This document shows positions 52,750 to 64,000 of a DNA stretch of 64,000 nucleotides, piece after piece. Numbering within the stretch: position 1 is the stretch's first letter; each line of letters starts with the position of its first letter. The translations under genes and the position numbers were made by a program. The notes beneath the pieces were generated by a model. It was not told the origin of the DNA. It worked only from the letters and a program-made list of their open reading frames with translations, and ran no database searches. Origin of the DNA: Perna viridis (lineage: Eukaryota); contig CM074520.1 of the NCBI GenBank assembly GCA_037379345.1, positions 18,331,488 through 18,395,487 on the forward strand, in the 5' to 3' direction.

Positions 52750-54520
52750 TTTCTTATTGCAATTAAGAAATTTGATTTCCAATTACTTCTTCGCTGTTGT
52801 CTTTACACCTGCTAATTATCTACTGAGGAAAGATTTATCAAGAAGAGCCAAGCCCACCTTAGAAGCTTCCGATTTCACACAATATTTTTCATCTTCTTAG
52901 CCGCTGTGACCATTCTATATTCTCGGACAGTGGAGGAACCGATCGATTAGAGGTCGGTTGACCATCGGTTAACGTCGGATAAAATCATTCACTTTTTCCA
53001 CACATTGCAAGATTCTTGTGTTTTTCATGAATTCTGAAATTCTTTGTACACCTGTTATACAGAATATCATTTTTGTCCATGTGCCTGAATCGAGCTTGAT
53101 AATAAGTCAGTAATGCTCCTGGAAAAGCGAGATCAGAATATATCGTCTTCGCTTTGCTCGATGAAAAAAGCGTGGTCTTGTACAGGAAGGAGGTAAAAAT
53201 TGCATAGAATAGGTCATTTCTTTTATCGAGTAGTTCTACGCAATGTTGAATGAAATGATCTACAAGATCTGCTGTGTATAGATTATATATAGTGTACACT
53301 GGCCTTCTTTGATAGCACAATAAGATGAGACGCTGGCAAGGTGACGATGAACGATAATTTCCAATTCGTCTTTTCTAAAACAGTCACTAATTGACAAAAT
53401 ATCATCGACCATTCATATTTCATATGTGGGTTTCTTCAACAAAGGTTTCAAGATAAATTGCCAGAGTTTCGATCAAGTTATATGTTAGAAATGTTTTAGT
53501 ATAGTCACCTTTCAGTATTTCACCCAAAACTTAAGTTGACAAGTTCCTTGTGTGTTGTATTGATGGACGCCCTACGTAACCTTCCGGAAAAGAGCAGTTT
53601 AAGTTATCAATAAGTTAACAGATAAAAATTGAAATCGTTCATTAAAGGATAAGGCAAATCTAGCGAAGTCTGTTTTAGCATTTCCTAATTAAAGTTCGTT
53701 AATGTAACACAAATTTCACAGGCATACATTCCAGTCGGTAGCATGACCCTTTTCCAGACGGTTGTATCGGCTATCAGTGACATTTTCTTCCGAAACTGTA
53801 ATGCGAGTGTATATTGCGTTTGAGTTTTTTACAAGCTTGTTCACTTCTATCGAGCATACTGCCAGTGCTATCTAATAAGATTCCGGAATAAATCACGTGA
53901 TCTTGTTTCTCGAGTCAAGCGAATATTCCTTCTTTTGCGAGTACTTTTTCTGGCTGAATAGAAGAAAGTTGATCTTTGACGCGTTGTGTATTAGTCTCCA
54001 TTTAGTTGAATGTTCAAACGTTATTGCAATCCACTTTTTGTTCCACAGAGTAGTGTCTGTCGCGTTAAAAACGTAAGGAATTTGCAAGTGTTCAAGAAAA
54101 GGGCCATACAATCGATTCGTAGAGTTGTATAAGAATGTTGATAAAGAGAGAAAATAACCAGACAAACATGACGCGTCACTGACCGACACCTTTTTCAATA
54201 CAGAATTCAGGCCTTACAGATGTGTTGTAGCTCGCGTGTTGCACAACATTTAAATGATTGTCCAGATTTTCCAATTTATTCCTATTTCCCATAAATTGTA
54301 ACTCATTTTGCCAAATACGATCGAGTTTGGCTTCTCATTGTCTAAAAACACTGCATAAACTGGCGAGTTACGTTCGTTGTAAAAGTTTTTAGATTCTTTA
54401 GAAGTAAATATTACTACAACGGAATCGTGTTCTATAACAAAACCAAACTGAAGCGGGTTTAATATAACTGGAGATTTCTTATTTCGATTATGCACTATCT
54501 AATTTTATAATTTCTTCATG
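52750..54520 (-). mobile_element. Highly decayed non-LTR retrotransposon (RTEX/L2-like) RT remnant
   Basis: PLQFGF...YNERNSPVYAVFLDNEK, GINWKIWTII, SCLSGY, IPYVFNATDTTL (decayed ADD), KW.L..NASK; many frameshifts. May extend to about 55.5 kb. Confidence 0.75.
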
Positions 54521-55599
54521 TACCGGCCCCACATTCAAGGCTCATAAAGCCCGTTCTATAGATAAGTAAGGGTTAAATTTTACAAATGACTACGGAAAAA
54601 ACGCACAACGATTTGTCTTTGTGTTTTCATGAATCAACCAAAGATAATTTACGGCAGAAGTGCGAGTGGGCATACAAATACTGTGAGCAAGCCCACAAAG
54701 AGAATGACAATAACAGTAACATTCCTTCAGTCGCATCTACATATGATGCCCAACCTGTAAAATTTCATCAAAATCCCCTGTGCAGTTTTGTTTGGGCTTA
54801 CGTGGAAACTAACGCCTGTACACCAAAGTGTGGTACCTACCCCCTTGGCTGAGTATTTCGGGGTAATTACTATATAACTACTATCCAAGACCGATACACT
54901 GTTGTACTTCATAATCCTCGGACCAGCATGTAACAGTTCTTGAAACATATTCGGTCTAATCACAGTTAAGTGGGTCTGATCTAGCAAAGTACCTATATCC
55001 AGCTAGATTTTCCGCACAAAGTTCAGCTGCGACGGACTCATATTGACCATGAGTGGTGCCTATCAGTCTTGTGACAGTCTTTTTCGTAAATTCGTAGACG
55101 GTAAAATTCCGTAATTCATCTTGATATTATGTAGTTTACCGTAAAAATCTTTGACAAACCTTACTGATCGTTACCGTAAGCAAATTGTGCTGTTCCCTGA
55201 TATATCCGCAGCACACCGTACTGTATCTTTAGCAAATGCGTGGTGTAACCGCACTAGTACGTAGTTAACCTTACCCAAACGTAGCAGTTCTTGGCAAATT
55301 CTGGCTAACGAATGTGGTTTTGATAGGGACGTAAACGGACAAGTAGTTATAATACGGTTTAGCAAGGACGTATAAAAATGTACTGCCAGATCTGTAGTAA
55401 AATTCTGAACATGTTAAAAATGTAACATACTTAAAAATACTACTACGTATGAAAACGGCTTCTGTGCGGGAAGATACGGACAAATATTGATTAACCCAAA
55501 TTATGCCGGATCTCAATCCGTATCTATAATCCTGCTAGATATTCTGTGAATATGTGACCAGTAGCCATTTGGAACAATTCTATTTTTGTCTTACATGTA

Positions 55600-55790
55600 C
55601 GTATAAAACTGAAGAAAAGGAAAACGACAAAGCCCGCAAAAACTTGATCACCTGAATTATGAACTTCAACAAGAAACGGCGAGTGCTCAGATGCTCCGAA
55701 AGGGTAAGGCATCTCAAGCCCTGTCAGTGCCACCAAGAACACTGCAAATGGGTTAGTTACGATACATATCAAGCTCGGTAGGTCGTCATG
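55600..55790 (-). mobile_element. 3' fragment of the same dispersed Penelope-like repeat family
   Basis: Minus strand GGTGGCACTGACAGGGCTTGAGATGCCTTACCCTTTCGGAGCATCTGAG. Confidence 0.5.
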
Positions 55791-56932
55791 CAGTGCCGTA
55801 AAACGTAAAATCCATATCGGTCAGTCAATTGGTGTAATAAGGCGACGGTTTCTTTTCTTTTATTTTTAACAATATAAAATGAAGCTGGATATATTCCGAA
55901 GTAACACAGTCATCATAAGAGGGTAGTCTGCAGAGTCTTGAGTAAAGCTTTTCGGAGCTTGCTTTATTTCAAACAGACTTCACTCGGTCAGTGTACTGAG
56001 ACGGGATGAGTTATCTTTAATAGGCGAGTGCATTGACGTTGCGTACGTTGTTGGTGTCACATTGGATTGAACCGGGGCTGGTTACGAAAACTGCAATATT
56101 GCTATTAGAATATGGAGTTATCAAAGGCAATATAGTTATTAAAATGTCGAAAATGGTTGTTGTTTTAGGATTACAATCATAAATCTTTGAACGATGCCGT
56201 TAACTGTGGATGGAAAGCATTATTCGATCACAAGAACGTCCATTTTCATATATAGATGTGTAATATTAAGAAATGCTTGCTTCCCATTTCACAGATACAT
56301 CTAAGTTGTTTCTTGGCGTTTTTTGATAAAACAAACCTATTTTGGAAAGAACAATTTTTGCTGCAGTCGATATTTTTCATGACGTTATGATAAGATCAAA
56401 GCGTATTACAATATCACAAATATCACAAATGTCTCCCCTTTGATGTGGACATTGTAAAAAATGGAAATAAATCGATTTGAAGACAAAATGTTAGACATTT
56501 TTTAAAGTTATGCGAACCGTTTCTTTTAATCAGGACTCTTATTAACTATATTGACACTTTTTCACATAACCCCAATAAAAATATATATAAAATGTTCAAT
56601 TAGTCTTTTTGTTAAAAGCCCTTTTGTCCGTATTTCAGTTATGTCACAAATCTGTATTTTTTCGACGTTGGCCATTGGCTACTTTCTTGCTTACCGTTGT
56701 GAAATATAACAACGAACAGTATTTGTACCAAAGTATATTCACGCTTAAAGGACTGTATAAATATTCAGAATATCATGTTTATTCTAAAAAATAATGAGAT
56801 TTATCGTCTAATAGTAGATAAATACGCACGTATGTTGTGATGTAACGTTGTCTTTTTTCCGACGTTTTCTACACGTTGCGTGCTACCCAATCTTTATCAA
56901 AAGCTTTTTTTGGTCGTTCCCTTCGCGGGACT

Positions 56933-57162
56933 AGCTAGCTGGCCGAGTGGTCTAGGACGCTGGACTTTGTGCAGGCGGTGTTGCCATAGATGTCACAGCG
57001 AGTTCGAGTCCCGCGGAGGGAACGACCAAAAGTTTGCATCGCAAATCTGACAGTTCTAACATCGTTGGAAATTTTTCAGACCTTTCTATACGTTTACATA
57101 TCTTCTCTGTATCAATTTGATCCGATGGAGCAGGTAGCGAACAGAGTCGTCACATTCTGAGA

Positions 57163-57187
<25 letters not shown>
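56933..57187 (+). mobile_element. Full-length tRNA-derived SINE with (TA)n tail, preceded by an inverted internal fragment (56906-56932)
   Basis: A box TGGCCGAGTGG, B box GAGTTCGAGTCC, body to TCACATTCTGAGACG (57164), then (TA)n(TG)n. Confidence 0.92.
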
Positions 57188-57204
<17 letters not shown>

Positions 57205-57654
57205 AAACCGTGTCACAAAGCGCATTATTGACGTTTCAAAAGTAACGTTCTGTTTTGCGACGTATAACTCTTTTAACATCAATTTTAAAAACAATAAAAA
57301 ATATTGAAAAGTTACGATACTAGGTTAAATTATGACGACTGTGGACGTATTGAATAAAAAAAAATACGATTTTAGCGAATCTGATAAAATAATGAAAGAA
57401 ATGTTGAAAAGAAAACAGGAAAAAGAAAGACTCCCCTTGCGCGCATTCCTGTCTATTCAGATGCAATAATGTCCTGGTGAAATCGGGATCAGCGTGCCTG
57501 CATCAAATGATTTTGAAATGTGTAGACACGCGCTTGCACATTCGCTAGTGAAATATTGTAAAATCAACGTATTTCATGATCGTCTAATTACCTCTTGACA
57601 GTTATTTTAGCTATAAGATATATTAAGATGTACAAATATTGCAGATTTTTTTTT

Positions 57655-57975
57655 CTAAATTGGACCAAAAACAAAACAAAAATGATTCATTCTGGTGTGA
57701 CCTTCTTTACCCCTTATAACTCGAAAACCGTAAGAAATATATATCCAAAATCTGATTGAAAAATGCAGGCAGGATTATTAATGAGGAATCCAATAAAGAA
57801 TCCAATGAAATAAAAAAAATTCGAAATCGGACCAAAAAAAACAAAAACAAAAACAAAAACAAAAACAAAAACAAAACCAAAAACAAAATAAAAGTTAAAA
57901 TGTTTTAGGCGTTGCCCAACTTTGACCCCTATAACTTGAAAACGGTCCAAAAACATAAAATCTGCAGCACATTTG
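57655..57975. repeat. Dispersed repeat related to 33525-33853, with internal (AAAAAC)n
   Basis: Shared motifs with 33525-33853; internal repetition of the TGACC...TATAACT.GAAAAC motif. Confidence 0.6.
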
Positions 57976-60900
57976 TTTAGCCAAATTAAATAAAGAACAC
58001 ATTAAAAATAGAATAATTAAAATCGAAAAAAAAACCAATCTACATGGGTTTTAATGAAATACGACCGCAAGTTTTTTCGTCGTATAACAAAAACGGGAGA
58101 TTTCGCTGTCAAGTTTTCTCAAAGATTATTTGCCAAGGTTTTGTTTTCTCGAAATGTTTAGCAATGTTTTATGTTTAGCAACATACCTTATAAAATTCTG
58201 AAACGAGTACATGTATTCGGAAATATATCAACATACATCTACATAGAGATATAAAACCAAATAGGAAAGATTCACTTTATACGCTTTCACAATATGATTT
58301 CCCGTGGGGGTGGTGTGGGGTGTGCTACTGACATTTTTTGCTTGTAGGTTTTCTCATAGGATAAAATTTCCTTCAAATCATTTTTAATTGGCTGATGCCA
58401 AATATTTACCATATCAGGATGTACTCTGATCATTTCAAATGACCAAAACGTACGAAAAATTAATATCGAATCGGATAATTAAATAATAAAACATGTCGTG
58501 TGTTTTATGTTATGTAAAAAATTAAATAAACACACTTCTTTTAACATGTAACAATTATAGAACGATGTACGTCGCAATACGGAAAAGACGTCAAATTTTC
58601 CCGATTTCGACGTTACCAATAATGACACCAACACCGTACGCTACGTCATTCGAATCCAACTGGAGCTATCTAGTTTCCGCAAATAGCATTAAGGGCTCTT
58701 GTTTAGCTGTCTTACTATTGCTCTTGTAACGTATACGAATGAACACTGTAATTGGAGATAGAAACAACCATGCTCTGCGGTGCATAGTCTGCAGACTTAA
58801 GTAAACAAAATCGAAAATCAATTTTTCTAACTTAAAGACACGGCGGAGGCAGGAAATAAGTGATAAGTTTAGGAAATATTGACTTAACTTGCACGATCGA
58901 TTGACTTCTGTAGACAACAATGCATAATTTCTGCAACAAATGCAGCGATGCGTAGGCGTTTCACGACACAGTTACTATAGAAACAACAAAGTATTGACAC
59001 TTTTGATGAAATTTTTTTGAGTCTCAAGAGAGTGCCATTCATCCAAGTTGAAGCAATATTCACTTATACTGCACGATAATTTCGCATTATGTTTTGTGAA
59101 GAAAAGACCGTCTAAAACAATTGGAACGTGTTTAGAACTGTGATGCAGAGACAGAAAAAATAGCAGAGGGTAACCATGGTTTTCAATGATGTGAGGTGAT
59201 TTTGAATATTTCTAATCCTACAACATGAATTTGAGACCAAAATGGAATTTTAATGTGAGATCGGATGAAGAATCTTATGATAAGTGTTTTATTGTAAATT
59301 TTGTTTCTTTTGTCCAGCCCATCAATTTAATATCATGCCTGTTAAACCTAAATTCCCACATAAATAGACGTTAACTCCAAATGGACGTTTAACTTCAACA
59401 TACTTTTTCAATATCTTACTTGGTACGTCATTAAAGTTTAAACATGAATGAAAATTCAATAGAGAACTTCTTTACGGTAAAATGAAGAAAGATATCCTTT
59501 AATAGCTAAAGATATTGAACTTTACGAAATGTAAACAGTTGCGTGGGATCGTAGATCATACAAAATCCCTTTAAATGAAATATGAATTGAAAAGAATATA
59601 TGTGAAAAGAATGTTATCGCTCAATCAGCTGGGGGGCTGTTGTGAGAATCAAGACAGGTAGATTTAAATATTTTTAAAATCGATTCAATGCCATGAAATT
59701 AATTATCACTTGCATGGGTCTTCTTGTACAGGGTAGGATAAAGGCGTCATCACTTTGCGAGTACGGACCCGCTTCCGAAGGCGGATGAATACACACGCGG
59801 ATACGTTTGAAGTTTCCGACGCTGTTTGGATAGGTAGTGGGAAATATAGAGCAATAGTAATATAATGTTGTTCAAACATACATTACGTTGATAGTTACCA
59901 AGTGCAGTCGTAATCTGTGTATTAACGGTCTAGGCACAACAAACACAGTATATATATATATATATTGGAAAGCTTGCTTTCTATAGACTATATTATTGCA
60001 GAAAGTTTTTTATATGTTGTTTTGCATTTTTCTGTTGTTGTTAAAGTTTGCATATAAAAGAAAGAGACGAAGAAGAAAACAAAAACAAACACAAAGCAAA
60101 AAAAAAGCTAGAACTGATTAACTTCAATGAGCGACATCACCCGCATGCATGGAGTACGTACTAAACAAGAAAAAAAATTTTACATTGAAATTTAATTATA
60201 AACTTGATTCATGTACAAGTATATGTTTGGCGCCAAATCATGCATATAAAGTTTCGTCAAATTCGTTGGGCGGTTGAGCAGGAGCCGCGTTTACCAAGAT
60301 GGATGGACGAACTGAACTGCAAAAAAGCAAAGCAGATACCACTCAAACTTATTGGGGATGGCATAGAAGAGATAGTTACATAAGCTAAAATCAGACTAAA
60401 ACACGTAAATGGTTCCCTTCGAAGTTAAGCAGGTCCAAATTCGCGGTAATGACATTCCCATAAGTAACATACAGAAGGAATCTTTTGAACGACCTTTCGT
60501 ATCGTCTGTTGTAAATTAAGTCTACCGAAGTAATTATAAGCTTTTACCCTAATTTTTGAAGCCGACTCGGAGCTAAAGAGTACTTTAACGGTAAAGATAC
60601 AATTTACAAAATGATATAAGGAGAATTAAAATGGTGACAACAACTCCACCGGGATGAAGAATGCCGCCATATTTGGAATTATTTTCCGATTAATGTGTAA
60701 TCTCACGCATTCATGCATGGCAATGACAATAATAAGTATTGGCATAAAATTATCGCTTATCATTACTCCTGCAACGAAAAAGGATGAAATACCATTCTCC
60801 TTTACAAGTCCGAAAATGGTCTTTGAATGCCAAGCTAACAGCTCTTGCATTGCTGGAAAACGCTTTTCATAAGGCCACGTCAACTCCATTGCTTTGTATC

Positions 60901-61394
60901 TTCATCCGCTACAGGAAATTTACGATACTATCTGCGTCGCGAACGAATACAAAAATACAACAGGTCTAAGGGAGATAAGTAAGTTTTTTAAAAAATATTT
61001 TCACAGTCGTCGCCGAGTTGTCTACCGTACTTTGACAATCTCTTACACTCGCACCTTTCTTTCTTTTATATATCATGTTGTTTTTTATCATATTGTTTTA
61101 TGTCATAAATAAAAAGACTACCAGTGAAAGCGAAAGAAGATATGTAGTATTTTACTCCGGGTAACATGAAAAGACTGAATACTTAACCGGTTTTCTTCCG
61201 CAGTTTTTTTCTATCCCACAGAAACGGTCCACTAGTCGCAACTTCGGCTGAATCCGTACCTTCGAAGAGTAGCGGAGTCAACCGAGGTTCAACGATTGAG
61301 AAGCGGTCCATTTTATTAGTATTAACCTGATCAAAATTTTTAAGTCAAATCTGATCGACGTAGCCACCAAGAGCTGTCACCCATCTCACCTGAC

Positions 61395-62135
61395 TTAGAG
61401 TTTACCATTTAGTCAAGCCCTCAGGCTAAGGCGCATTTGTTCAAATGACGACTCCGTCAAAAACGTCTAGGTAAACTAAAGAACAATTTAACAAGAAGAG
61501 GATATAGATACAAGACCATAAAAGAAGGGTTCCTCCGAAAAAAATCATAATATCTCAAGAGGTAGCCTGTTACAATACAAGGCAAAGAAAAAGTGTAAAG
61601 TTCTAACATACCACCCTTGCATTAAAACAGTTACAATATCATTCTTGAGCACTGGGCATCTGTCGAGAAAACTCCACACTAACCAAATGCAGTCTTTCCC
61701 GAACTATCTATGATTGCTTTCAGACAGCCAGACAGTTTGCGTAGTCTGCTTGTGAGGGCTGAAATATCTAAGCCCTACTCCTGGCAAGAGTCGCTCCTGT
61801 GGTGACAAAAGGTGTAAATGTTGCAAACAAATGCACCACTCGTCATCATTCACCCGCACGGTCACGGGGAAACGCTACGAAATATTGATGTTGGTGAATC
61901 TAATAAGCTTTTTCACAAGAGCTTGAACGGGTACAGGAGAGACCTAACAAAAAAGCCTTCACTCCCTTCGAGTCAACACTTCAGAATACCAAACCACTGT
62001 CTCGATGATTTCCACAAAATGCAAATTCTAATCTTGGAACAAAACACGATCTGGAGCGGTACAGAAATTGAAGCGGGGGTTGGATAAAAGAACTCCGTGT
62101 TTTACATCCACACAGCTTTAATAAAAAAAAAACAT
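61395..62135 (+). mobile_element. 5'-truncated Penelope-like element: RT thumb, Cys linker and decayed GIY-YIG endonuclease
   Basis: PFSQALRLRRICSN...RGY, MIAFRQPDSLRSLLVRA, CGDKRCKCC, VGES..L...LNGYR...SQHF..PNH; frameshifted. Confidence 0.88.
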
Positions 62136-62611
62136 TGACATCTTCCTTTCTTTGTACAGTTTCTTATCATCACAGTATTCGTAAATATTTTTAGTTTTAC
62201 ATTTTCACACAATGTTCAAGATCAGCGCAAAACGTGTATCTCTATATTACAATATTCAAGATCTTTGTTAACTGTCGATAAAATTTTAAGTACCAGTCCA
62301 CATAAAATTCAGACGTTGTCAATGATAAAGTGATTCATGGTGTAGAAAAACCCATCAAACAAATGATGCTTTTTCAGTCTACATATGCTATATTTTCACA
62401 TAAAGATAATTATTTCTGTATTCAAATCTGCACTTTTGAGAAAATCATACATTTATCTCCCACCGAAACCAACCAAATCTAACAAAGTAAAGAACGATAA
62501 CTCTTACAAAGGGCCAATTTCATGTACAATCTATATATTTTTTATCTCAAAAGCACAACAACCAAATTAAAAACTAAAACTTGTTATGTGATCAGTAACT
62601 GTTTCTAAACA

Positions 62612-62692
62612 AGAAATAAAATTGAATTCGGTGGGTTTTTGACAAGCATGAATCACCTCCTGTCTGATTTTTATAAAGACTGATACTTAATA
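62612..62692 (-). repeat. Dispersed repeat, copy of 33030-33115
   Basis: Reverse-complement match to 33030-33115; family unknown. Confidence 0.8.
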
Positions 62693-62793
62693 CGTCATAT
62701 GTATTCACCTGATTAGGTAGCGAGTTGTTCACAGATCATTTACCTTCCTACACACTCAGTTTTTAATACACAGAAGAAGGTAATTAGTTGACC

Positions 62794-62936
62794 GAAAGGT
62801 CTGAAAAATTCCCAACGATGTTAGAACTGTCAAATTTGCAAAGCGAATTTTGGTCGTTCCCTTCGCGGGACTCGAACTCGTACCGCTGTGACATCTGTGG
62901 CAACACCCACTGCACGAAGTCCAGCGCCCTAGACCA
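62794..62936 (-). mobile_element. tRNA-derived SINE copy (minus), followed by a plus-strand head fragment (62942-62966)
   Basis: Reverse complement of the SINE from TGGTCTAGGGCGCTGGAC to CAGACCTTTC; adjacent GCTGGTCGAGTGGTCTAGGGC in opposite orientation. Confidence 0.9.
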
Positions 62937-63053
62937 GCTATGCTGGCTGGTCGAGTGGTCTAGGGCCCTTTTTTAAGAAACCCCTTTTGATTTGGTTAGT
63001 TGATAAAATGGCCAAAACATAAGGCAACGAAATAAACAAAACAAAAACCATGT

Positions 63054-63084
<31 letters not shown>

Positions 63085-64000
63085 CCATAGAAATGATTAA
63101 AAAGAAAAAAAAGGAATGATTGATAATAATTTTACCTTAATGCAATTCTTTGTTTACAACTATTCCTCACTTTTCGATTGAACTTTTTAATAAAAAAAAA
63201 AACGAAAACGTAAAACACTAAAGAACAATAATTATCGATAACAACACTAACGATTGTGTGACAACGGAATAATCAGCATTAAGTGTGCAATATGTAAATT
63301 ATTTTCACAACAAATAATAAAATCTTAGGAATAAAATTAAACACACATAACTTAATTGAAATATGGATTAAAGTATTTTGCTTTAAACATTTTTAAAGAT
63401 GTACTATCCAGTCAATTGACATATGAAAAATAGGAAATTATATTTAACAAGCAAAAAAAAAGAAAGAAATGAACTAGGCTAGATGATCTGTAGCACCGGT
63501 GCTAGGTTTGAACACGTGATTTTCTAAACACTACGTGTACATGCTTATATTGTTTCTTCTAAAAAATTATTTGTACACATCTTGAATAAAACAAAAATAC
63601 GGCTGGGTGGCGTCAGTGGTACACGTCCAGATGTGGACTTGACGACGCGATCTTGTTCATCTCTCCTGGACCTCGACACATTCCTAAACAAATTGTATAC
63701 AAAGTAACCACATGACTAAGTCAGCACAACTATATCTGGGATTATTTAGTATACTTAAACATTTAAAGGTCCGATTGTGAAATAAGAAGTCAATGTTTTT
63801 TCTTAAAAGTCAGACGCCTAACATAAATAAAAAAGTGCAGTCTTTTTGAGTTCAAGGAATCGGTGAGAAACCCTGTTGGAAAATGGGAGGCCAGATCCGA
63901 GGTCTGGATTTTTGTTAATTTTGTGCAAAAAATTTGCAAAAATGAGCAAATTATCATTCGGACCCCTTTTATTAATTTCTCTATTTGACCCGGTTTTATA

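Noticed and set aside
57121-57150. Hammerhead-like CCGATGGAGC...GCGAAC in the SINE tail
   Set aside because: Deviates from the CUGANGA and GAAA core and is not conserved in the 26.6 kb copies.
63595-63720. tRNA-like or SINE head
   Set aside because: Only an A-box-like stretch; too degenerate to support.

Overview
AT-rich eukaryotic (animal) genomic DNA. The repeat families suggest a bivalve mollusc such as an oyster (inference). The only intact gene I can support is a five-exon bHLH-ZIP transcription factor AP-4 (TFAP4) ortholog on + (CDS 961-9807, 314 aa, all splice phases consistent) with a probable ~4 kb 3' UTR. Its promoter and first introns carry a cluster of its own CAGCTG sites. The remaining ~50 kb has no recognisable intact gene and holds decayed mobile DNA: a CR1-type LINE with its RT core deleted in frame, two RTEX/L2-like LINE remnants, Penelope-like fragments, hAT and Mutator-like transposase relics, MITEs, HINE-like elements, a two-domain minisatellite and two SINE families. 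The most unusual observations are (i) a tRNA-headed SINE whose copies repeatedly carry 5' inverted pieces and (TA)n ends, as Penelope-like insertions do, and (ii) a TSD-flanked retroposon whose head is a run of four hairpins rather than a tRNA. All analysis was by eye; boundaries of decayed elements are approximate.
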